Part shown: in pieces, positions 24,311-35,500 of the stretch | How the letters are laid out: each line of letters opens with the position of its first letter | Position numbering within the stretch: position 1 is the stretch's first letter | NCBI RefSeq assembly: GCF_964204645.1 | Contig: NC_134031.1 | Location: 372,001 to 436,000, forward strand | Source: Tubulanus polymorphus | Lineage: Eukaryota; Animalia; Nemertea | DNA length: 64,000 nt | Direction: 5' to 3' | Position numbers and translations under genes: made by a program | The notes under the pieces: generated by a model | Told to the model about the DNA's origin: nothing | Seen by the model: only the letters and a program-made list of their open reading frames with translations | Database searches by the model: none

Positions 24311-27300
24311 TCAAAGAGACCTCTCGTTGTTGATCTCCATCGGTTCAACATCAGAATACGGGTAACAATCGCTGTAAGAATGATCCACTTCTAAATTATC
24401 TTTTTTCATTTTCGATTTAATATCGGGTGCGATGACTATTTTCGGTTTTCCTGAGAACGGTCTCCAGACTAAAACCTGCGCGGCGTTCGCGTGTGTCTCT
24501 GGTTGTTTCACATTACGCGGAATGTCTTTATTCTCGTTCTGTATCAGACTCTCTCTAGTCATCGATTCGCGGTATAAAAATGCTCGTTCTCCTAATTTCT
24601 TAGTCGGGTTCACGTGGATCTCTAAATTCGCTCGCCATTTTATCGTTTTCAACACGTGAAATTGTCCGTTTTTTAGATCTTTAGCCACGAGCCATGTGTA
24701 GAATTTCTGGTCTCGTTTCACGTGCGTCAGCGCCGGGGCCGTTTCCATATTTTTGGACGGAACCACCCACGTGACTTGTGGACAGAAATTATCGTGCATG
24801 GATACTTTTATCGTCTGTTGATCGGACGAAGGTCCTTTTACGTGCGCTAGCTGGTCACGTGACGAGCCGTACCACGGATACAGTTTGCCATCCGAATCAC
24901 TGATCATTTTGTATTGTCCAGTTTCTACTTCACGGAATTCCCAACTTGTGCTGAAATTAATTTAGAGGATTTTTAGACGGATTTTACTCCAACTGGGCCC
25001 CTACAACTGCCTCAGACTATCACGTGCCCCACCTGACAATTTACCAAAATGTCATAACAGCAATACAGTGACAACGACTTATCCGTGCACCGACTGTCCC
25101 GGTATTCACGTGGTATCCCGTAGAACAGAAAATTCGTACCAAACTCAGTCGATTTAATGAATCACGTGTATGAGAATTATATTTAATGTCTTTCTTTCTT
25201 TAGATGATTATTATTTGTCACGTGATATAGAATTCAGAACCCTGGGATCCCACAGCAGTCAAACTGCTTCTTATCAGAGCTTATCGTGAGTCAGTTTATC
25301 GTAAATTTTGATTGTGGAATAAAATGTGGACTTTGCGACCGATTCCACGGTTTACCAAACAGGCTGCCCGACTACCCGAATTACAAATTCATTAACAAAC
25401 TGGACAGTTGTTTCCCCAAAAACAGACTTGCAACTTACTATCCAACGCTTCCGTATGTATTGATGAATTTCATGTTGGTACAAGCTTGTATCCAGCCTAT
25501 ATCCCAGTCTTCTCCTTCCGCTAATGGCGGTAACACCACTTCCGCTATTGCTCTGTAAGAATATGTACGTCATCGATATTTCATTGGTTCGGATTTCATA
25601 TATTTATTTTTCAGAGAGAAATGTGCAAGAGAAAGCAACAGATCTTGGAAAATTAGGAAGTGTGGGGTCTAAAATAAATGGAATGTAATTCATCGGATAA
25701 TTATGGAGGCTGATTCGGGCCATGATAGAAAAAGCAAATCCCACTCGTTGGAACTTTTTTTACAAACACTTAAAACGACTTTCAGGCGTTTGTTTGCTAC
25801 CGTAGATAATGCGGCCACACCGAATGACACCGAGTGGGGTTCCACGTTCAAGGTTATAGAACAAATCTGCATCTGCAGCATGCAATTTCTCACAAAGAAT
25901 CAGTGTCAAATTTGCAGCAGGTTTCAATGTTCTCTAGGGTTAAATCTCGATGGAAAACCAGAGTTCCTGAAACCACCCCCACCCCCCCCCCAAACTAATC
26001 CCTAGGTCCGCTCCGAAAGAAGCGGGACCTCCCGCTAATGGTGGTCGGGTGCTGTGTACAAGTCTACAGAAAACCTGTCACAAATGATTCATGTTGCCCT
26101 GTTTTATGTCTAATTGTATAATGAGACAGTCGTTCCATTGTATAAACACTGCTATAAATAAAAGCTTTTCAACCAGAATAGTGGAAATACGGCAGCGGGT
26201 TTTTACCAGACACAGCCAATCAGAATCTCACAAGCCGTTACTCGGCGCGTGAATGGGGTGAACTTGAAAGACAACTCGATTCTAACATAAAAAAACCCTG
26301 TAAGCACAAATGAATTCTTTTTCTTGTTAGAATGTTTAGAAGCGTGTCTTACTAAACTCAAACACAACAAACATAAAACTTTGCATTCAATATAACTTAA
26401 AAAGAACGTCGTTAGACAGAAATAAACGGCGGGGATTTCCTTGACGTGGCACGTAAAGAAATATTCATCCGTTTCAAGAAGTGAATTATGTAGTCTCGGG
26501 TTTATTGAAAATAATTAGAAATGGTGAACAATTCTTTCCTACTATAGAAATGGGAATTAAAAACCACCAATAAGAATATCGCTTTGTAAAGACAATCAAT
26601 ATAAAATATCAACCTCTGATCTTCTCAGATTTGTGTAAAAATGATTTGCAAAATATTCATGAACGGGATACATAAATACGAAAAGAAAATAAATGAATTT
26701 AATTTTTCATGAATCTGATCGTTTGATATTTTCTAGGTGAGTAAATACTCTCAAATCTAAGTACGTACTAATTCATTTCATCGTTTTCATTGAAAATTAT
26801 AGAAAAAAAAAACATCAGATTTTTACAAAAGATTTACATAATAAACTTCTAATTATTTCAGTAAACTAATCTACAAGTATCACTTTCGGAGTTGATTCGT
26901 TTTAATTCCTTTTCACTTCCAAGGAAATCTCATTCAATGTTTAAATGTATAGGGTTTTTACAAGAAGTTGAATAAATTTCACACATTTAGATCATTATTG
27001 CAAAATGATTAAATAAATCTTAGAAAATATGAGAGATTTGAATCTACCTGAAATGAGGTGTATTATATTTTAATACGTTGATTGTCTCCTCTGTTTTGGT
27101 CGATCTTTTATCAATCGAAGCTTGAATGTTAACCACTGAAAATCCTTCCAAATTCTTCCCGAACTTCGGACGATGATCGAAATTAGAAATAGCTGTATTC
27201 AACAATTTCAAAGCTGGATTTATCGAATGTTTGCCGCCTTTCTTACAACTAGAACGTTCCGTAGATGTAGACGATCCAGCCGTACCACTACGCAATATTA

Positions 27301-27340
27301 AATTCGGTTTTTGGAGAACCATGGTGAGGGCACCTCCCAT
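24311..27340 (-). CDS. FAM78: FAM78 family protein (FAM78A/B co-orthologue), 3 exons
   Basis: Exons 27340-27048, 25552-25439, 24950-24311 join in phase; family motifs LKYNTPHFRA, WDIGWIQAC, SWE, ISDSDGKLYPWYG, SMHDNFCPQVTW, KRDQKFYTWLVA, ANAAQVLVWRP; start MGGALT fits an N-myristoylation consensus. Confidence 0.93.
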
Positions 27341-27419
27341 CACTCGCCCACCAAATCCTCGCGAAAATGGCTCCTTCACTAGATCATCATGTTTTCCAAG
27401 TAGCAACGATCTTCAATAG

Positions 27420-27725
27420 ATTTAAAAGTTATCAGTGGTTTCGTTTTACTAAAGATTTCCTCGTACCGCTACCAGGAACAGAAACTCAGGAATCCCTCGT
27501 CTATTTCCGTCTTTGTTATTGTCACGTGAACGGTTTCCTAGTAGTATTCCCAGAAGCGGTTACTACGTCATAATGCATCGGAGCAGTCCGGCTGGTGAGC
27601 CGATCGGCTATGTCGCATTGCGTCGAACTACCCGACTCACTTCCTGTTTACTTCCGGGTTACAAATTTTGACAGCTGAATTATCAATTTTTTACGGATTT
27701 GTGGTAATTAATTGACTCAAATCGA
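27420..27725. promoter_or_regulatory. Bidirectional promoter between FAM78 and PLPP
   Basis: Start codons 385 bp apart head-to-head; tandem ETS-like ACTTCCTG..ACTTCCGG (27639-27657), E-box GTCACGTG (27521), half-CRE ACGTCA (27565). Confidence 0.6.
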
Positions 27726-28765
27726 ATGGAGGGTCACCAGGAAAGCCGATACAGGTGCAAAGAACCGCCGAGGTTTAAAGAATTTTCATCTCGAGATGTT
27801 TCAGACTCGAGTAAAGTAGGCGGCGATGATGATGAGGAGACTACAGTTGAGAAGTTGATTCGGATTGACGTCGCGTTGACTGATAAATTAGCGGTTTGCG
27901 CCAGTAAAGATCGTCAACTCGGATATTTGAGACCAGTGATGAAATTATTAGAATTATCGTGTCACGGAATTCCGTGGATCGCAATCACTTTATTGTTAAT
28001 GTGGAAATTAGAGAATAAAACAAGGACACAAGAAATACTGGTGAATCTGATGGCAGGTAATGATAGGTTTAATCCAGAGACCTTCTGGCTGGCAGTCTCC
28101 TTTTATGAATGAAGAATTGTAGGTATCCCAGGAGCCTATAGTTTTATGGGAATCAAGAATTCTGGACCTTTTTAGTTCTAAGTGTTAGTGTTAACTCTCT
28201 CAGTTGGTATTTAATTTAGGTCAAATTTGAGTTTGAGTCAAAACTAAATCCAAGAACCAGTTTCACAGAAATCAGTATAGTTTGTAGAGTTAGAATTAGT
28301 TCATTTTACAATATTTTAAACTATAGATTTAAATCACTGTTTGTCATATGTGTCTCATCTCTCTGTGTTCTCTGTCTATTTTCAGGATTAATTTATGATC
28401 TGATTTTGGTCGGGATTTTGAAGACCGTTTTCCACCGTCGCCGCCCTGGTGTCAATAAAATGGACATGTTTGTGACTGTTTCTGTTGATAAATATTCGTT
28501 CCCGTCTGGGCACACGACTCGTGCTGCTATGTTACTACATTTCTTCCTGGAGAATGTCTCGCTCGGTGTCCTGTGTAGTGTTTTATTTATTATCTGGGCG
28601 CTATGTGTTAGTATATCACGTGTGTTACTAGGCAGACATCATACGTTTGATGTTATTTGTGGTTTTATAATTGGATTATTAGAATACGCAGTCATTTTCA
28701 GATATTGGTTGCCCCCGGTGATCTGTTATTCTGCTGTTGAATATATACAAACTATCAATCAATAA
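27726..28765 (+). CDS. PLPP6: PAP2-family polyisoprenoid diphosphate/phospholipid phosphatase (PLPP6/PLPP7 co-orthologue), 2 exons
   Basis: Exons 27726-28056 and 28386-28765; HGIPW, KxxxxxxRP (KTVFHRRRP), SVDKYSFPSGH, SRVLLGRHHTFD: all three catalytic motifs intact. Confidence 0.92.
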
Positions 28766-28800
28766 ATAGTTCAGAGATTTCTGGTCTAATTTTCACAGTA

Positions 28801-29202
28801 CTGAACCCAGTTCCACAGTTCTGGACCCAGTTCTACAGTTCTGGACCCAGTTCTACAGTTCTGGATCCAGTTCTACAGTTCTGGACCCAGTTCCACAGGT
28901 CAGGACCCAGTTCCACAGTTCAGGACCCACTTCTAAAGTTCAGGATCCAGTTCTACAGTTCAGGACCCAGTTCTACAGTTCAGGACCCAGTTCCACAGTT
29001 CAGGACCCAGTTCTATAGTTCAGGACCCAGTTCCACAGTTCAGGATCCAGTTCTACAGTGGACCTAGTTCCACAGTTTAGGTCGGGACCCAGTTCCACAA
29101 ATTTGGATCCAGTTCCACAATTCTTGAGTTTGACTACAAAGTTAAATTGGTTTATTTAAATTGTTTTACCTTCGAGTCAAATTTACCCAGAAACTGGCTC
29201 CT
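28801..29202. repeat. 20-bp satellite made from a MITE terminal repeat, followed by the MITE body
   Basis: About 15 units of GGACCCAGTT(C/T)(C/T)ACAGTTC(A/T), then a body ending AAACTGGCTCC. Confidence 0.85.
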
Positions 29203-29613
29203 GACAAAGTAATGTTGACCATTCCACAAAGCAGTCCCTGCTACATGTAGTTTACAAAATGCCCTGATCTTAATACAAATTGTTGAATACCAATAAAACC
29301 CGTGATTTTACTGTGTACATGTTTCATAAGAAAAAATGTTCTCTTTGTTTATTTTTCCAAATGTTGTGATAGAAAAATAGAAATAAAATTGTGAGAAATA
29401 GAATGCAGACTTAAATCGTGTTTTTGACGGTCGTTTCATTTCGCAACTAGGATCCTTGACCGCAGTCGACCAGTTCGCCATCTACCGGCAGTTAAAGACA
29501 TGAACTGTACGCGGAGACTGCGACGATGTGAAGCATCATCTGTTCAGTAGTTAACTGTTAGTGATGGATGCCACACGTCACTGTCGTCTGCTCACCGGAT
29601 TACTCCTCTAATC

Positions 29614-32293
29614 ATGGAAATGATGGTTTTTCTGTTCCCGATCATTTTCACTTGTTCGAGTATTTTGGTTTCTATCGACGGACAACAAAATTACAACAAT
29701 TCGTCAATTGTTGATGACGTCACGGTTCCAACTGTTGAAACTATTTCTATTGTTTCAAACAATTTAACGGCGACGACGTCAAACAGCGGAACAACAACAA
29801 CAACAACAGCGCAACAATCATCGATAAACAACACTATAACAACAACAACAGCAGCGTCTAATTCGGGAGAAATAAACACAACAGATCAGACCGTGACGCC
29901 GGAAAATGAGAAGATTTCGTCAACGATTTTATTTATTGACGACGGTGACATTTCGAATACAACCGAATCATCTACAATAACATCAGCATCGACGCCGAGA
30001 GGTTTTACTGTAACTTCACGTCCTAGTACAGGTAAATCAAAAACTAAAGAACGAATCCTTTATTTGTTTGTGGTAGATCTAGTGTTAATTTGCGTTTTAG
30101 ATGAAGCAATGCTGACAGTTAGCGTCATAACTACCATTCAAAACTAGAATGAGTAGACTCGAAATTTTACATTTAATTATCATCAGTTTCTTGAAGAAAT
30201 TAAGTTAGGTGTTTTTCAGTGAAGACTAAGCGGGGGGAGGGGGACAAATATGTCAACTAAGACATGTTTCTAAGATGATATCCCAGGAAACGGAATAGTT
30301 TCACTGTTCTGTAACCCCCCCCCCCTGCAGTCCTTACTGTGATAATACGGAGATTGATCATTTATCTGAATTTTCTACCAAACACGGCGGACCGTGCGCA
30401 CGGAGCGTTTGCGCCAAACGTTCGCTGAAAAGTGCTTCACAAATATTTACCACGCGACGCAGATGTCAAAATAAATGATGTTCCGGGTTGTAGTGAATGT
30501 TTTGATTTCTCTCTCCATCTCATCTGATCGTTTGTCTCTCATCCAGGGGCGGATTAACAGGGGAGCAGATCCCCTCCCCTCCCCTCCCCCCTATTGTGCG
30601 TCTAGATAACATTATTGCTTATGGTAATTTTGTTTTAGAATCAATCTAGATGCCCACAGTTTTTTCAGTCCCTCCTCCCCCCTCCGATTCGCTCTTCGCG
30701 TACAACAATGTATGTTCAGCTATATGGGTCTAGGAAGTTTTGCTCCCCCTCCCTGTCCCTCCCTCCCCCCTCTATTCTAAATTTCTGAATCCACTCCTAC
30801 CATCGTCCGCCTCTCATAATCAGTAACTATACATTACAGCAATACAAATATATATTTTAGATATATTTTTAACGCTTTGAACTTTCCATCGAAAGCGCAA
30901 CTAATTTCGTTGAATTCATCAATAACTAACTAACGCTGCTGCATCGTTTGAAGGTTTGAAGTTTAGCACATTAACTACAACTGAAGCGTGTGAGAGCGTA
31001 ACAGACAGATTCGTCACCATAGTTACTGCAGCATTACGTAAAAACCGTCATAAACTATCAGATCACGTGATAGTCGAGTATACTATTTTTTGTGTTATTT
31101 TTACGATCGACGAAATCAACGATTTGATCCAGTTTTTCATTCAGTTTAATCACGAGCCTCGAACCTCACGAGCCTCAAACCTCACGAGCCTCAAACTTCA
31201 CGAGCCTCGAACCTCACGAGCCTCGAACCTCACCTTCAAACGGACCATCCAGTGGTTGTAGTTTTTTTCAAAAAAATTTCTGCGTTAGATCTGGCCAAAA
31301 TTAGTTGCAAAATTAGCCCTAACCCTGTCCCCTGTAAAGCAGCCTCTGCCCTAACCCTAACCCTAGCTCCGTCGTAACCCTAACCCTAGCTGGACTCGAA
31401 CCTGTAGCCTCCAGCATGCTAGTCGAGCATGCTAACCACTAGACCACGGATTTCTGGTGAGTGGTTCGGTTTGTAAGTTTGTCCGGTCAGTGTGGTGACC
31501 AGATGACCAGTCAGTTGTGACTCTGTTCACTAACAATACCCGCTAGATCTCTGATTGTATTCATCAGATCCAAAAGGATTTCATATCTGCATTTTTCACC
31601 ACTGAATTGCCCGACCGATCCCTGTGTGTCTATGTCAGGACTATCCTGTGAACTATTTGTTTTATGTTATTGTAGATGAATAGATAATCGATCAGTCGTA
31701 TAATCAGTATTGGATATCGATTATAAATCACTCAGATCAGCTGACAGATTACCGGCCTCATCGATTACCGATGATTCGATTATGCAAATTTACGCCCCAG
31801 ATTTTTAATTGCATAGAAATATTTTTAAACTACCGTTAGTAATCGATACGCATGCGCGGCGCCGTGTTTCTGTGAAATCGACAGGTTTCTAAAAAACTGA
31901 TGCTGGTTGTATTCGATCGAACAGACACACGTATCGTGTGAGAGAGTGGTGTTTAATTCATCATTAATCACGCCTTTCAAATCACTGGAGTTGCTTCAGT
32001 TGCTTTTAATGAAATTTCCTCTGAACGCCGACTGAGTGTAGAGAGATGGCTCCACGTTTCCACTATTGGCGTCTCTTCTCCAGAACCGGTTGTTACTCAG
32101 GATAGGACCATACCCGTGAATGTGTGATACCTTACTGGAAACCTGACTGAGATTCAAAACTATCCTCATCATTCTACTCTTCTCTCTCCTCTCTCATCTC
32201 TCCTGTAGCTCTCTCTCTCTCCTCTCTCCTCTCTCCTCTCTCCTCTCTCCTGTAGCTCTCTCTCTCTCCTCTCTCCTCTCTCATCTCTCCTGT

Positions 32294-32338
<45 letters not shown>

Positions 32339-32506
32339 CTCCTCTCTCCTGTAGCTCTCTCTCTCCTCCTTCCTCTCTCCCCTTTCCTCTCTCCTCTCTC
32401 TCTCTCCTCTCTCCTGTAGCTCTCTCTCTCTCCTCTCTCCCCTTTCCTCTCTCCTCTCTCCTGTAGCTCTCTCTCTCTCCTCTCTCCTCTCTCATCTCTC
32501 CTGTAG

Positions 32507-32537
<31 letters not shown>

Positions 32538-35500
32538 CTCCTCTCTCCTGTAGCTCTCTCTCTCCTCCTTCCTCTCTCCCCTTTCCTCTCTCCTCTCTCT
32601 CTCTCCTCTCTCCTGTAGCTCTCTCTCTCTCCTCTCTCCCCTTTCCTCTCTCCTCTCTCCTCTCTCCTCTCTCCTCTCTCCTGTAGCTCTCTCTCTCCTC
32701 CTTCCTCTCTCCCCTTTCCTCTCTCCTCTCTCTCTCTCCTCTCTCCTGTAGCTCTCTCTCTCTCCTCTCTCCCCTTTCCTCTCTCCTCTCTCCTCTCTCC
32801 TCTCTCCTCTCTCCTGTAGCTCTCTCTCTCTCCTCTCTCCTCTCTCCTCTCTCCTCTCTCCTCTCTCCTCTCTCCTCTCTCCTCTCTCCCCTTTCCTCTC
32901 TCCTCTAGCTCTCTCTCTTGCTCTCTCCTCTCTGTCTCTCCCCTTACCTCTCTCTTTACTCCCCTGTCCTCTTCTCTCCTCTCTTCCCCTCTCGCTGTAT
33001 CACTATCTCACCCTTCTTCCCTCTCTCCCCTCTCTCACCCCTCGCCCCCCCCCTCCCCAGCCACCCGCGGTCATTAAGCAGTAAACACAATATTTGGTCA
33101 CTAGTCGCTCGTACAGTCTGCGCAGTAATTGATTACATCCAAACTATAAATCAGACTGTGACGTCACACCCAATACAATCTACCGTTAACACTGAAAATA
33201 CAAATCACATTGATTCACACACGGGCCAAATTGGAAGGTAATCATTCAGAAAATTACTTCCATTACACGCTAACGCCCTCTTTATTCAATCAGTCGAATA
33301 AAGATGTCATTCCTAATCGTCAACCGGTCAATTGCAATGGGCTTTATGTAAATGAGAGCTGATTTTCGTACGCTGCGACCTCTATCGGTCGTACAATATA
33401 TAATAGTTCATGTTTATCATGTCTTTTTTCACTATTGATATATTATATTGTTGGCTCTCGCTCGAAGTAAAAGATTTATGGAATTATTCTTTGTTGCGTG
33501 TTTTCTATGAATAAAATATCGGGTATAGAGTCGGATCCTGCGAGCGGCTGATACCAACTGCAACAAGATGATTTATTTTATGTCAAACTTCAGACAGCGA
33601 CGCATTAAACATTGATGAATCTTAATCTTTTGTGAACACGAGATTTTGTGAACTTCTATTTGGATGCTGGAGCAGGTAACGCATGGCTTAGTCGACTTGC
33701 AGCCATCTTTGAAAGTAGATTTGTATCTAGAATCGGTCCGGAAAATAAGATAATTATAGTTTACCATGGGTGACTAGCGGCTATCTTGAAAATCCTCATA
33801 TTTGGAAGTGCAGGAAACTGCTGGTAACTATCTGTATAATAAATTGCGGTCTTGCAGGAAACCTAATAGTGGAGTGGCAGACATCTTGAAAGTTTATTTT
33901 TAGCTTCTGTCGTGCAGCATAAATAAATGGTCGACTGGCGGCCATCTTTAAAGTGAACTTTTTTTCTAGGTGTAAAGGAAGTATAGAGAGTGATATATAG
34001 ATGTATTTTATCGTCGCTACCGGTGCTGGTCGCTCTCTCGTTAGAATCATGTTCAGAATATAAATGGATTGATTTTGTCCGCAGTTTCTCCTAACAGCCG
34101 ACAAATTACATGTATATATATGTCGCGCGTATGCAAAGGTTGTTAGTGAAGAAATAACGTTGTATAATTATAACTGAGTAAGAACAAGATACGCTGAAGA
34201 CTAGTATGATAGTGTCAGTTCTAGTGTTACTCCTGCAGACTCTAATTACTGACTCATTTGCCCCTCCCTCCCTCTCTCACCTCCCCATACGACACATTCC
34301 GTGTGTCTGGTAGAATATGTACTGGAATTTTCTGAACATCTCCGCCTCTCTAATCAGCATTCTCGACGATGATATTTCATATTTCAAATCGATAATTTCC
34401 AATAATTTCTCTAAGCGACAAACGGCTAATAATATTGACGTTATTACGCAAACTGACCCAGGGTCGAGATATTATTAAAACTAATCGAGTCCTCAGTCAA
34501 GCTACTGACAATCTTACAGCAGCAACAGCAGCAGCAGCAGCAGCGCAGATAAAAGTGTGAATTTCTCGTTTGGATAATTGATTTGGTCTTCAGCAAACTT
34601 GATAGGATTGTTTTACAAGTTACAACCAACATGACAACTTTAGCACTTCCTCTCTCCTCTCTCCTCTCTCCTCTCTCCTCTCTCCTCTCTCCTCTCTCCT
34701 CTCTCCTCTCTCCTCTCTCCTCTCTCCGCTCTCCTCTCTCCTCTCTCCTCACTCCTCTCTCCTCTCTCCTCTCTCCTCTCTCCTCTCTCCTCTCTCCTCT
34801 CTCCTCTCTCCTCTCTCCTCTCTCCTCTCTCCTCCCCTGCTCATGTCTTCAGCAGCTGAAATTAGCTTGTACATGACGAGGTAACTCAGTGAATTACTGT
34901 TTATCTTGTGTGTCGCTTGCGGTTTGTGAAACGGTTTATAGTCGATTGCTCTCTGCGCAGACGACAAGAGAAGCTCAGATCAATGACTGACTCACTCCAC
35001 ACGCATCATCCACTTCACGCACTCCACGCAAACACGCAATCATCAACGTTTAATCCAATTTTGTTGCCGTGTATAATTTGAAATGTTGCTGCTAAGACTT
35101 TAGCCTTCGACCTCCTGCACCGCGTGGCGATACGAGATTGAGCATTCACTATCATATTCATCGGATCTGACTGTGAGCGGCGGTATGATTAGGCAGATTA
35201 GCTAAAAATGATCTCCATCTAGAGACCGAAAATTCACCCACCACGAGGACTTACAATAATACCGGGATTTGTTTTATGTGCATTGACAGCACAGTTCTAG
35301 TTAAGACCAAAACCAAGTCTTAGTCAATCTTAAGTTCGTGTCTGAATTAATCTCTGAATTAGTTTTATTTTCTAGGATAAAATTGGGCATATTTAGTCTT
35401 ATGGGGCATATATAGTATTGTGGGGCACGGCATTGAAGGTACTCATTTGAATCTAAGTCTGTGTACTAAGATTCAAATCAAATAAGACACCGTCTGACGA

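Noticed and set aside
25703-26014. 100-aa ORF inside FAM78 intron 1
   Set aside because: Ends in a C-run and CCTAGGTCCGCTCC, resembling a MITE terminus; likely repeat-derived with no recognisable homology.
33122-33155. AVIDYIQTINQ resembles the PLPP C-terminus AVEYIQTINQ
   Set aside because: A single 7-aa match with no flanking similarity or splice context; plausible by chance in six-frame translation of 64 kb.
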